Positions 20,403-31,337 of a DNA stretch of 64,000 bases are shown piece after piece. The stretch lies in contig JBHGNT010000001.1 of assembly GCA_043228905.1 (NCBI GenBank), forward strand, positions 37,076,001 to 37,140,000, written 5' to 3'. Each line of letters opens with the position of its first letter. Position 1 is the first letter of the stretch. The position numbers were made by a program, and so were the translations under genes. Below the pieces are notes generated by a model. That model saw only the letters and a program-made list of their open reading frames with translations, was not told the DNA's origin and searched no databases. The DNA comes from Azolla caroliniana (taxonomy: Eukaryota; Plantae; Polypodiophyta).

Positions 20403-21643
20403 CACTATGGGTGATGTAATATACTTTAATGTGGATGATGATGGTAGGTTGTGGCATGTATTTTCTGAATCAGATGTGTGGATATCCGCCAATGTTTCAG
20501 CGATTCGAGTAGTTGCAAGATCGGGAAAAAAATGGCTCTTGGATCCACCATTTCAAGAATGCTTACGGTGTTGTTCGTTGTGGGTTTTTCAAAAAAAGCC
20601 GCTTTATAATTTGGATTGGGATCCAGCTGATTATCAATGGAAAAAACCGAATGCTAATGGAAATGGTAAACACTTAGAGTTCTTTCAGTATTCAGTTAAG
20701 TTAGGTAGAAATTTATTATTGCAATCAAAGTATAAATGCACGGCTGCCATGAAGCATTGGATTGCAAATAATGTGAATGAAATACAACTTACAAAATTTT
20801 GGAAATGGTTGTGGAGTATGCAGTTGCCGAAAAAAGTTATTTGTTTTCGTTGGTTGTTGATACATTATGCTCTTCCTGTTGGTGATTGGTTGAGGCAAAA
20901 TCAGCAATATGCTTGTGGAATGCATTGTGGTGAATCTACGGAATCTATTTTGCATTTGTTTTGGATGTGTCCCAAAATCAAGCAATTCTGGAGTAAGTTG
21001 TTTTTATTACTAAGAAACCACTATGCTCATTCTACTTTCTCATGGGGTGCAGTATTATGGGGTGTCCTTCATGGAGATGTTATGAATTACGAACGTATGC
21101 ATGCTTCTCATGTTTTTTACTTTTCCAATGGGTACATCTATCTCACTTCATTTCCATCTGTTATTCCTCGGTTTAGAACTGAAAATCTGGTTATTTGGCG
21201 TACTGTTACGTCACTAGCGCTGTGGACGATATGGAAAACGAGATGCGATGCTGTTTTTAATAATGCTCACATACATCTCAATAATATGCTTATTGAATTC
21301 TGGTGGTTATTTGTCCACACCATACGTGGACAATATGATGATTTGCAGGGTACAACTGATGCTCAAAGGCAACGTCAAGTGGACTTTAAGAAACGGTGGC
21401 GAGGGCTTCACTTATTTTCAGATACGTCTCCTGGTATGAAGTGGAATTATTCCATTCCTCCTTTTTTATTGCATAGCTTGTAGATGGTGTTCCATTTGTT
21501 CCTATTGTGATATCATCTGTATCATCAGATGTTGGTATTAGGTTTTGTATTACAATAGAGGTGAGATGAAATGTCTCCCTCTATTTTCTATATGTACATT
21601 TCTCAAGTAATTTACTAAGGTGTATCTTTTTTAAAAATAAAAA
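20403..21643 (+). mobile_element. 5'-truncated non-LTR retrotransposon (L1-type LINE), young insertion with 17-bp TSD
   Basis: Flanked by aatagctctttaacaaa at 20386-20402 and 21644-21660, and ends in an A-rich tail (ttaaaaataaaaaa). The empty site in copy 2 has a single TSD copy at 50354-50370. Confidence 0.95.
20407..21483 (+). CDS. C-terminal part of LINE ORF2 (zf-RVT zinc-binding region), 358-aa open frame
   Basis: FWKWLWSMQLPKKVICFRWLLIHYALP...CGMHCGESTESILHLFWMC...FW and LWTIWKTRCDAVFN are typical of the plant L1 ORF2 C-terminus. No RT or endonuclease motifs are present. Confidence 0.85.
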   Translation: MGDVIYFNVDDDGRLWHVFSESDVWISANVSAIRVVARSGKKWLLDPPFQECLRCCSLWVFQKKPLYNLDWDPADYQWKKPNANGNGKHLEFFQYSVKLGRNLLLQSKYKCTAAMKHWIANNVNEIQLTKFWKWLWSMQLPKKVICFRWLLIHYALPVGDWLRQNQQYACGMHCGESTESILHLFWMCPKIKQFWSKLFLLLRNHYAHSTFSWGAVLWGVLHGDVMNYERMHASHVFYFSNGYIYLTSFPSVIPRFRTENLVIWRTVTSLALWTIWKTRCDAVFNNAHIHLNNMLIEFWWLFVHTIRGQYDDLQGTTDAQRQRQVDFKKRWRGLHLFSDTSPGMKWNYSIPPFLLHSL

Positions 21644-23120
21644 AATAGCTCTTTAACAAATGGTTTTGTGAGTCTTGAGGTGCATCCAATGTCAATGTTA
21701 TTGATCATGATAAGATTTGATTCTTTTCATGGATAAAGTATAGCCTATATATCTTATGTTACCCATAAGCAAACAATGGATTAATTTCATGGATAGAATA
21801 TACCTTATAGTTATAACATATGCTGCCCGTGAGTAAGCAGTGAGTAAACAATGATTTTGGCAAGGCTATGTGGTGAAAGGGTTCTCCTTCCCCCCTATGT
21901 AACAATGTTATAATTCACATATGCTTATCTGTAAACTCTACACACTTTCTAGCCCTCAAGGGACATACGTGTATACGCACACAATTATTTGATCCTTCTA
22001 TGCGTACAACATACCATTTAGCTTACGTGGGCTTACGAAGTATCTCCGTTCCCTTTCAATTGTATATTGCCGTTGGTTGATGATTGTCCACTTTTTGATG
22101 GATACTGTATGTTTTGATTGACATGTAAATTTGTCCCTTGTATTTGTTCTGACACGAAATTTCATGAATCCCACGTTTCATTTGAAAGACATTGCATCAA
22201 AACAAGTTGACACTAGGTATGAAACATTGTATGCATATCTTTTTAAGTTTTGATGCACATCCAATGGTTCTTGAACATACGTGACAAAATTTTAAATCTT
22301 GACCTCATCATGAATGGATTTTTAAGATTTATTCCCTAGTCCTTCACATATGTCCCACTATTTCAAGCCTAAGATTTAGTTCTAAGATTTATCAATTGCC
22401 AATATTATAGTAGACAAATCATGGTCATTCTTGCAAACAATCACATGAATGGCAAAAGTGTGATTGTCACGACTAATCGTGGTTGGAACATATCACTTGG
22501 GGCATTTTCACCATACCTAACAAAACATGATTTGCATTCCCAAATGTCAAATGGTCAAGGAAGCCATAACCTTGGGTGTTTTATTCAAGTTACTATGTGT
22601 TTGTGTGCCCATCACTTAGTCCAAACATAAAATATATGCAACTCTCATAATTTAAAGCTCATCTCTTTATAGGAGCAAATCTCCATGTGTCCATATCTCA
22701 TTTGTGCGAGAGATTTGTTAAAATTATCTCAACAAAAGTTTGATGATTAAATATCCACTTTTGATCGTGTCTATTCTAGGGCTTATTAACGTCACTTGAT
22801 TATTGAAACAAGATTAATCTTCAGCTAACTCTATCCTACGATAGAGAGACTGGATAATACGTTTGTCATCAACAATCCAGGGTAAAATGTTATTGTGGAA
22901 ATGTTTTTACACCATACCATGGACTGCTTTTCTATGTTTTTTTGTTTGTGCAATGTTTGAACACACGACACCATAAAGTATGTCTTAGTGTAGCACTTAT
23001 TAGATATTATTCATTGTGTGTTGATGTACCTATCACGATGAACCTAAGCGAGTAGTTATTGATATTTCATTATATGTATCTTGATATCGTCGTGTGTTAT
23101 ATTAATATACATGGTCATTT

Positions 23121-23391
23121 AAGTAGACTTTATGAAACAATGGCAAGGGCTTCACTTATTTTCAGATACAACTTATGGTATGAGGTGGAATTATGCCATA
23201 CCTTCTTTTTTGTTGCATAACTTGTAGTTTTTGCTCCACTTGTTTCTTATATGATATCATTTGTTTGATCAAATGTTGGTATTAGCCTTTGTATCACAAT
23301 AGAGGTGAGATGAAATCTCTCCTTCTGTTTCCTATATGTACATTTCTCAAGTAATATACTAAGGTGTATCTTTCTTTAAACAAATAAATAA
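23121..23391 (+). mobile_element. Severely 5'-truncated older copy of the same LINE family (271 bp) with 17-bp TSD
   Basis: Aligns with ~21377-21643 (last ORF codons, 3' UTR, A-rich tail) with many substitutions. Flanked by aatatacatggtcattt at 23104-23120 and 23392-23408. Confidence 0.92.
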
Positions 23392-23475
23392 AATATACAT
23401 GGTCATTTCCTTTGGATCAAGAAAGTTACAATCTGAGATCATTGTTTCCTTCTTAAATACAGGGTAAATATCTGC

Positions 23476-23793
23476 ATCATGATCTCATGGATGTGATATT
23501 AAGTCAAGGGAAATTGGCATTAGTGCCCAATTATTTATAATATGCCATGTAGCTAGCTTACTGAATGAAATCTCCAATGTTAAAACCATACCCACCTACA
23601 TACTAGTCACCTACTTGAAACCACTTGTTTGAAAAAGTTGTACCACATGTATACTTTTAAGTAAGTTTTAACCTTTCTCATTTTGGGTACTCATAGATTT
23701 GAAATGTCAATCATAGAAGGGCCTATTATAAATTATAATAGGGTACTAATGCCAATTTCCCTTGACTTAATATCACATTCATGGGACCATGAT
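23476..23793. mobile_element. Foldback/MITE-like element with ~68-bp terminal inverted repeats
   Basis: 23476-23542 (atcatgatctcatggatgtgatattaagtcaagggaaattggcattagtgcccaatt...) is the reverse complement of 23724-23793 with a few mismatches. No coding capacity; TSD not resolved. Confidence 0.75.
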
Positions 23794-26700
23794 ATGATAC
23801 TCATAGTCTATAGATGAACCAACTAGTGATGGATTATGTTCGTCTTCTCCTCATTCTATTAATCATAGTATGCAGCTTCATTTTGATGTTTATAACTCTT
23901 TCTTTGCATTCACACCCTGCTTCTTGGTCCTCGATAAGTGTTATTATGTCCTTGTACTTTTTGCTATATGTCACACCCAAGTGGACACGAAGATGAGGTA
24001 CAAGTCAAATACTCATTTGTTTGGGCTCATCAAAATATGCACATGGGAGAAAACCATAAAGAGACAAAATAGTATGATAAAATGGAAAGAGTATAATAGA
24101 TAAATACGTAGAATCGATGTTTTTGCCATGTATATATCATATTGTTGCACAAAAGTACATGGGTAACTCTCTAGGTTCATGGAGAAGTTGTCATGTTGTA
24201 AAAACATTGTATTCATTACACTTGAGTGATGGATTTCTAACTTTATAAAAGTGTCCATAAAATTGTTGTTAAAATACATCCATAATAGGTACTACAACTT
24301 TTTCTAAATAATAATATTTGTAGAAGATGTAACCTTGCGTCTTTGTTGTAGAAAACTTTTTGAAGATGGTGCCGAGTGCGAGCTAAAGCAAACTATTACA
24401 AAACTAGCTTCAATCGGCTTGTTTTTGTATCCATTATTATTTTCACCTTGCTTGGTTCCATTAGCACAAATTCCAGGAAATGTCGTTTTGTACTACGGGA
24501 AAAGTGGCTTTTATATGATAAACCCAAGGACGATGTGTACATATATTTACTAAGCATCAATGCTTGTAGGTAAACTCTTGGTGCCTCGCAATTTGTTTTT
24601 ATGCCACTTGCTATTGAACTAAAGCAAAGTGATAATATTCGTTTTCTTGGAGTTATTGGGAGAGTAGCTTTTTGGTGATTCGACGTCTGACATGTTCTAA
24701 CATCAAGTGTTTTTTGTGTGAGAAGCTTCATCATGTGGATCGTCGTCACATCGAACCCAATCTTGACATAATGAAACAAGATATAACATAGTGCTGGGGT
24801 TTTGTTGTTGTGACAATACTTAGGTGATGATAACCAAGAAACGAAAGAAAATAAGTGCTTAGTGTCTAGTTGTCAACCTTTTTCCATCCTTTGTATGATA
24901 ATTATTCATGATGCGTAGATTGCAATCATGCTCTCGACTAGGCCTGATTCAAAAACCTCTTATATGATTGGTATCACGAGTATGATATCTTTTTATTTTC
25001 TCTAATGTGAAATAAGTTGATAATAGATGTCGCGGCCCCACAAAGAAGCTTGCCTATAGTAACTGATTTGAAATCTCGCTCAATACAAGAGGAAGCTGTC
25101 ATAATTTATTCGAACTCAATAATACTTTGCCATGTTTAGTGTCTAATAGTTTGAAGTCTAAATTCAAGCGGCACAACCACTCATATTTGCATGATGATAA
25201 CAAAGAAACGAGAAGGATTTATCTCATTTACAACATAACTTAATAATGATTGGCCCATATTGTTATCCTTTATGATGAAAATTCTCAAATACTAGAGCCA
25301 AAATAACACTAAAAGAAGGAAATTTACACCAACATATTGCAATGAAGAAGAATTTGAAACCATGGGATATTTTCGATTTCATCCCTCTAGGGATAGATAA
25401 TGCAGACGAAGTTTGGAGAGCAAGGATGAGTCAAAATTGTGAATAAGAAAAAGGAGAGAAGAGCCTAGGCTCCACTCATGCACCCACACCTTCGTAGATC
25501 TTGTGGGTTTAGTTGACATACATACTAATAGATTACATTCCTATCCTATACATTCATTCATTTAAACACCTTGCCATCACTTTTTAGTGATTTTAATCAA
25601 TAGGTCTAGACTCCATATCAATCTCAAAGTTTTCCAAGAGGGAAATCATTTTGATATGTTTTGTTGATTAGTCCAAACATCTTAGTCTACATGTTCATCA
25701 TGTGTTGTTTGCTTTTATAGTTTGTATGCAGCTTGATGATTTAGGTTTGCCAAAGTGTTATAGGCTGCCATATATTGGCAAGAACATGTTGTTGATCAAA
25801 TGTGATGATTAGTTTGTGCATATGGTTCGACGACAACCAACCATGTGGTGCTTGTGTAACTACGTTGATTGGTTAGTGTGTTTGATTGGCACCACAAGCT
25901 TCAATGAGTGACCAACTCCACTCGTTCTTACTTGCCTATACAATATACGGCAAAACACCAATCAACCTTCATTTATTTGCTAATAATTGCCCTTGCTTGC
26001 AGTGGTGCACATAGAAAGTTCCCGACATCCTTATCACTTTTCAAATTATCTATCTTTTCAACAAGTGTGGGCTTATATATACAAGCCAAATTTATATAAA
26101 ACATGATGATGTAGTCATGTATAAGGTTTATGTTCCTTTACAAGGAATTTACTGTATCATTCATCATCTTTTGATTCATCCACGTCCATTATTCTATATA
26201 TGGGGTTGTCAAGATCCTAACTATGTTCCATGGGACCATCCAAATGTGTCATGTCATTCTATTGACTATTTCCTATCGAGTGTATGGGGTGAAACATGAA
26301 TGCACAAGCAAACAATGAATGTTTACTAAAGGCAATTAAAAAATGTCTTTACTAAATGTAGTTTCTAGAACCCAAGGTTCAAAATGTTATATGGAAATGT
26401 AGGAAGTAAAAGTCTCGATATGTGTGCATATGCACACACATATATGTGTGTATAGAACAACATACTATGGACACCTAAAAAAATATGCTCAACATTGACA
26501 TTTCTCCCTTATTCACTAACCAATCAATTAGGAACATATTCACATACGTATAATAATCAAAGTAATATAAGCACATTAAACCTCTATTGGCCGGTCATCA
26601 AATAATTTATGTATTGTTATCAATTCAATGATTGCCCTCACACATATTATAACCAGAAGACCCAGAAGACCGCGATGAGAGAGAAACATGGGTCGTTGTT

Positions 26701-27385
26701 GTCATCATTATTTTTTCTAGAAACGACCACACACACTTGAATGATCGAAAAAGGGGTTTCCCCCTTTTGCAATATATCACTTATAGTAGTATGAGTACAA
26801 AAAAGAGAAGACAAAGTTTGCGGATATTGCATTATTGCTGGATTTTTTTTCGTACATCTTCTACACATCCTTACTACATGTGAAACAACCTACATATGCT
26901 TCTAAGTCAAATGAACTTCAAAGTACAAAAGTATGCTTTTATATACTTTTAATGCTACTCATATATAGACTAGACGGGGGCAGGGGTAAAGTTGTGCCAT
27001 GTGAATGCTAAGATATTGAAAGCGCTTATGATATATGTACAATATAACACTAACACAATGTGCCTTGAGAATAATAAGTAAGGGCAACCACCTTCAAGCG
27101 AAATGCGCCTAGCAATATTGACAATGGAACATCTAAAATCGGCACTGCATCTCGCCAAGGGTCGATGATCAATCAGAAACCATGTCCAGTTTTGTCTCAC
27201 GTGATGAGGAAAGGTGGAAGCTCAATCGGAAAAAACCGAAGCTCCAAAGACTCCATGATTCAGTGGTTCGAGAGAAGGCCTTGGCGCATGCATATGCACA
27301 CACATTATTATGTATATGTACATATGTACATACATTGTCAATTCGTCATTGAATCCTATACATAACATTATACATCCATTGTCAT

Positions 27386-27422
27386 AGAAGGAAGAAGAAG
27401 AAGAAGAAGAAGAAGAAGAAGA
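27386..27422. repeat. (GAA)n microsatellite just upstream of the LRR-RLK start
   Basis: About 11 GAA units; one unit shorter in copy 2. Confidence 0.9.
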
Positions 27423-27492
27423 TAGAGAGCTCCATGGACCATCACCATAGCACATTAAGCAAGCAGCAGAGCATAGCACATAGCATACTACC

Positions 27493-30400
27493 ATGTGTCT
27501 CCTCCTGTTGAAGGACTCCATCCAAGTAAGTACTACCTTCACCCTCCTACTCATCTTTTCATCTTCTGGCTTCTCCACCCAAGCAGGAGACGAGAGCACA
27601 CCTGACAGAGAATCACTGTTAAGGTTTAAAGACGGGATTTGGGAAGACCCACTTCAAGCTCTGAGCTCATGGACCCATGCAAGGTTCCTCCCCTTGCAAT
27701 GGAACCTGGTCTGGAATCATAGGCAACAAAGACATCCCTCCGAGGGTAACCTCTCTAGACCTCAGACAAAGCAACCTCTCAGGCACAATCACTCCTCATC
27801 TCTCAAACCTCACCATGTTAACGTACCTCTTAACCTGTCCTTCAACGCCCTCTCAGGACCGATCCCCGCGGGATTAGGTCGCATCTCGGTCTTAGCTCAT
27901 CTCGACTTCAAGTACAATATGCTCATTGGCCCTGTCCCTCCAGGAATTGGTAACTGTACTGCATTGCTATGGCTTGATCTAAGCCATAATGATCTCAACG
28001 GTACTCTCCCGGCTTCTCTTCCGGCTTCTCTTGGAAACCTACGTAGGCTCACAATGCTCCAACTTCATGACTTACCTGCCTTGAGTGGTGCCATACCACG
28101 AGAATATGGAAACCTAACCCAACTTAACTACCTTTATTTTGACGCCTGGAAGCATACCTTCTGAGCTCTGAAACCTCGTCCTGCTCAGAGAGCTTTACTT
28201 CTATGGGAACAAACTCAATGGCAATATTCCTTCTCAGCTTGGCTGGCTCCAGAACCTACAGTACATGTCTTTATTCGGGAATGCATTTGTGGGCAACATA
28301 CCTCCTGAGTTTGGAAACCTTAGTAGCATTGAGTATATGTGGTGTATGATCAATGGGCTCCAAGGCCCCATTCCTGTGGAGCTTGGGAATCTCAGAAACT
28401 TGAAAGAACTTGATCTCTCGGTCAATAGCCTCTCAGGACCAATCCAACCTGAGCTCGGAAAGTTGAAGAATCTTCAGCAGCTCAAGTTATTTGCAAACCA
28501 ACTCAGTGGGAGCATCCCCCAAGAGTTAGGCAACCTCACCAACCTTCGTTTTCTATATGTATTTAGTAATAGTCTTTCGGGCAAGATTCCTCCTGAGCTG
28601 GGTGAATTGAGAAGCTTGGAAATCCTCTGTCTTTACTTTAACAAGCTGAATGGGCCATTGCCGGTTGAGCTCAGTAAACTTCAGAAATTAACAAGTTTCA
28701 TCATCTTCAGTAATAGTTTGAGCGGGAATATTCCACTGGAACTTGGGAATCCGAAGGTCCTAAGTTCACTCTGTCTTGGCAATAATACATTCTCTGGTGA
28801 GTTGCCTTCAGAATTGGGGAATCTTGGAAACCTTTAGTATTTTGAGGTCAGTCCGAATCTTCTCAGTGGACCAATCCCTTCCACATTAGGAATGGACTTG
28901 TCGAAAAACAAATTCTCAGGTACCTTACCAAAAGATTTGGCGAATTGTACAAGCCTCAAGTGGATAAAGATTGCCAATGACTCTTTGAGTGGAGGGGTCC
29001 CATATGAGTTTACCTCACTCTCCCAGCTACATACATTGTCGCTTGCCCGGAACAAATTCAATGGAAGTCTTCTAGACTACTTTGCAAACTATAGTAGCAT
29101 AGTGGTTCTAGATTTTTCACATAATCACTTCACAGGAACTCTTCCTGAGAGTTGAACTCAGATGGTGAACTTACGGGTTTTGATTGTGGGATATAACAAC
29201 CTTGACGGTATTTTTCCATCAGGGATCTGGGATCTAGGTCAATTACAGGTCTTGGAGGTTTCAAACAACCAATTTCGGGTACTATTCCTACCGAGATTGA
29301 TAACTTGAATAGTTTCAAGAATAATGAAACTCAGACCAATCAAGAAAACACGTTGTGGAATGATGATGTGAGCTTTGATACGAAGGGTACACGAATTTAC
29401 TTCAAATATCTTTTGGGGTTGGTCATCTCTCTAGATCTGTCAAGAAATAGGATATCAGGTTCTATACCTAATGAGATTGGCTCATTAACAGGGATATACA
29501 ACTTGAATCTCTCGAGAGCCGATTCTCAGCAGTCTTGGAAATGTTTTGACACTAGAGTCATTGGATGTTTCTAATAACCAACTGAATGGCACAATACCAG
29601 ATGAGCTAAGAAATCTAACTTCACTAGCATTCTTAAATCTATCAAACAATCAGCTATCCGGGGCGACCCCGAAGGGTATGTTCCTATTGAACTGCTGCTT
29701 CTCTTGTTTTACTTTGGCTTATTATTATTATGTTTCAACTCAACACGGAGCTGGTTCCTTTCAGGCCTTCAGTTTTCCACCTTTTCAGACCAGTCATATC
29801 TTGGAAATGTAAAGCTTTGTGGGTTTCCGCTTACTTTAAATTGCTTAGATACTGTATCAAACTCCAAGCCTCATCACAATGTCATCACATCAAAAGAAAA
29901 GATCATAATTGTGTGTCTTTGCTACCTGTATTTATCATTAGTGGCATACTCATGTAGTACATCACAACAAAGAGAGAAAGACCGAGAGTTGCGATGTTTG
30001 ATACGAGGATCAAACTCTCTGCTCAAGAGATTTTTCGTGCAACAGTGAATTACAAAGAGACCAGTATTATTGGTTGAGGTGGCTTTAGTATCGTGTATAA
30101 AGGTGTGTTGAGTAGTGGTATTGTTGTTGCTGTCAAGAAGCTGAATATCGAGAATCATCCTGAGATAGAAAAGAGTTCTATTTCAGAGTTGACTGCTTTA
30201 GGTCGGATTTGCCACCGGAATCTGGTGAAGATTATCGAAACTTTAACAACAAAAGCTTTCAAATGCTTGATACTGGAATATATACCAAATGGCAATCTAG
30301 ATCTGCATCTACATGCAGCCATACCTGTGTTAAGTTGGGAACATCAGCTGAAAATTGCTCTTGGAGTGGCACATGGACTTGTTTATCTACATAACGAAAC

Positions 30401-30878
30401 AGGATTCAGCCAGGTCCTCCATTGTGACCTCAAGCCCAGCAACATTCTTCTCGATGAGGATGTTGAGCCCCATATCAGGGACTTTGGGATTTCACGAGTC
30501 ACATCTTCTGAGGTGAATAAGTCTGTTTCAGTAACTGCTATCCAAGGATTGATTGGATGTGGTGCCAGGTATGTACTCTAATAAAAGTTGATAATTTATC
30601 AACGCCTATGCTTAATGTGCATATCAAGATTTCAGCTCAGGAGAACTGTCCATTTACTTCCATGTGCCATCACTTGATAGCTATATGAACCATTGTGTCC
30701 CTGGCTTAGTATTTTTAGAGTGGTCATGCGACCTTGTATTTTTTGGTTTGCAGTGCCATTATGCAATGCAGTTAATATATTGGATGATTGATTGCTTGGT
30801 TTATATGCTTGTGTAATGTAGAATATGCATATGGTGAGAGATTGACCGACAAAGTGGATGTATATAGCTACAGGGTTG
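27493..30878 (+). pseudogene. LRR receptor-like kinase pseudogene (island-domain ectodomain, non-RD kinase), copy 1
   Basis: Signal peptide, LRRNT cap (DRESLLRFK..LSSW..PC..WSGI), ~20+ plant LRRs, island domain, QFSTF..SYLGN..LCG, TM and kinase (VAVKKL, HRNLVK, HCDLKPSNILL, DFGISR, EYAYG, DVYSY). Introns 29676-29764 and 30569-30821. Many frameshifts and stops (e.g. 28169, 28835, ~29955, ~30074). Kinase similarity is lost after subdomain IX. Confidence 0.93.
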
Positions 30879-31199
30879 CATCTCACTATTCAAGCATGAT
30901 TTTGCCTTCCAATTCTTTGAGCCTATTCAGCTTTGAGACGCAATCATCGTCAAGAAGCCAGCAAGAGCATGGAATGTGGTGAGCGTAAGACATCATTTTG
31001 TTTTGGAGAAAATTGGATGCATAATGTCCTCATTTCAAGCAAGGTGAGTGTGTAACAAAATCATCATATTCTCTCAAGAGCCCCAAAATAGGATTGTCAT
31101 TGTCAATCCCCCTTTAACTTAATCATTACAAACTGAGCTTGTCTGCCTGTATTTAACTTCAAGTTCCCAAAGAATGATCAATGCACACATTGAACTCGC

Positions 31200-31337
31200 T
31201 CACTTACACACACACACGCCTGCCTGCCCACGCCCACGCAGAAACACCTGCCTGCTTGCACACATACATGCACATGCACATGCATGCACACGCGCCCGCC
31301 CTCCCGCGCCCGCGCGCGCACATACACACACACACAA
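31200..31337. repeat. Alternating purine-pyrimidine (CA/CG/CATG) low-complexity tract
   Basis: cacacacacacgcc...cacatgcacatgcatgcacacgcgcccgccctcccgcgcccgcgcgcgcacatacacacacac. Strongly polymorphic versus copy 2 (~59901-60043). Confidence 0.85.

Noticed and set aside
23814-27365. Many 60-127 aa ORFs in the spacer between GLR-C and the RLK, and antisense ORFs inside GLR exons
   Set aside because: No domain similarity I can recognise and no splice structure. Their recurrence after the gap only reflects the duplication.
28835-30076. TAG/TGA stops in the RLK as U-to-C editing or readthrough sites
   Set aside because: Reverse editing is known from organelles, not nuclear mRNA, and the gene also has several frameshifts and a truncated kinase.
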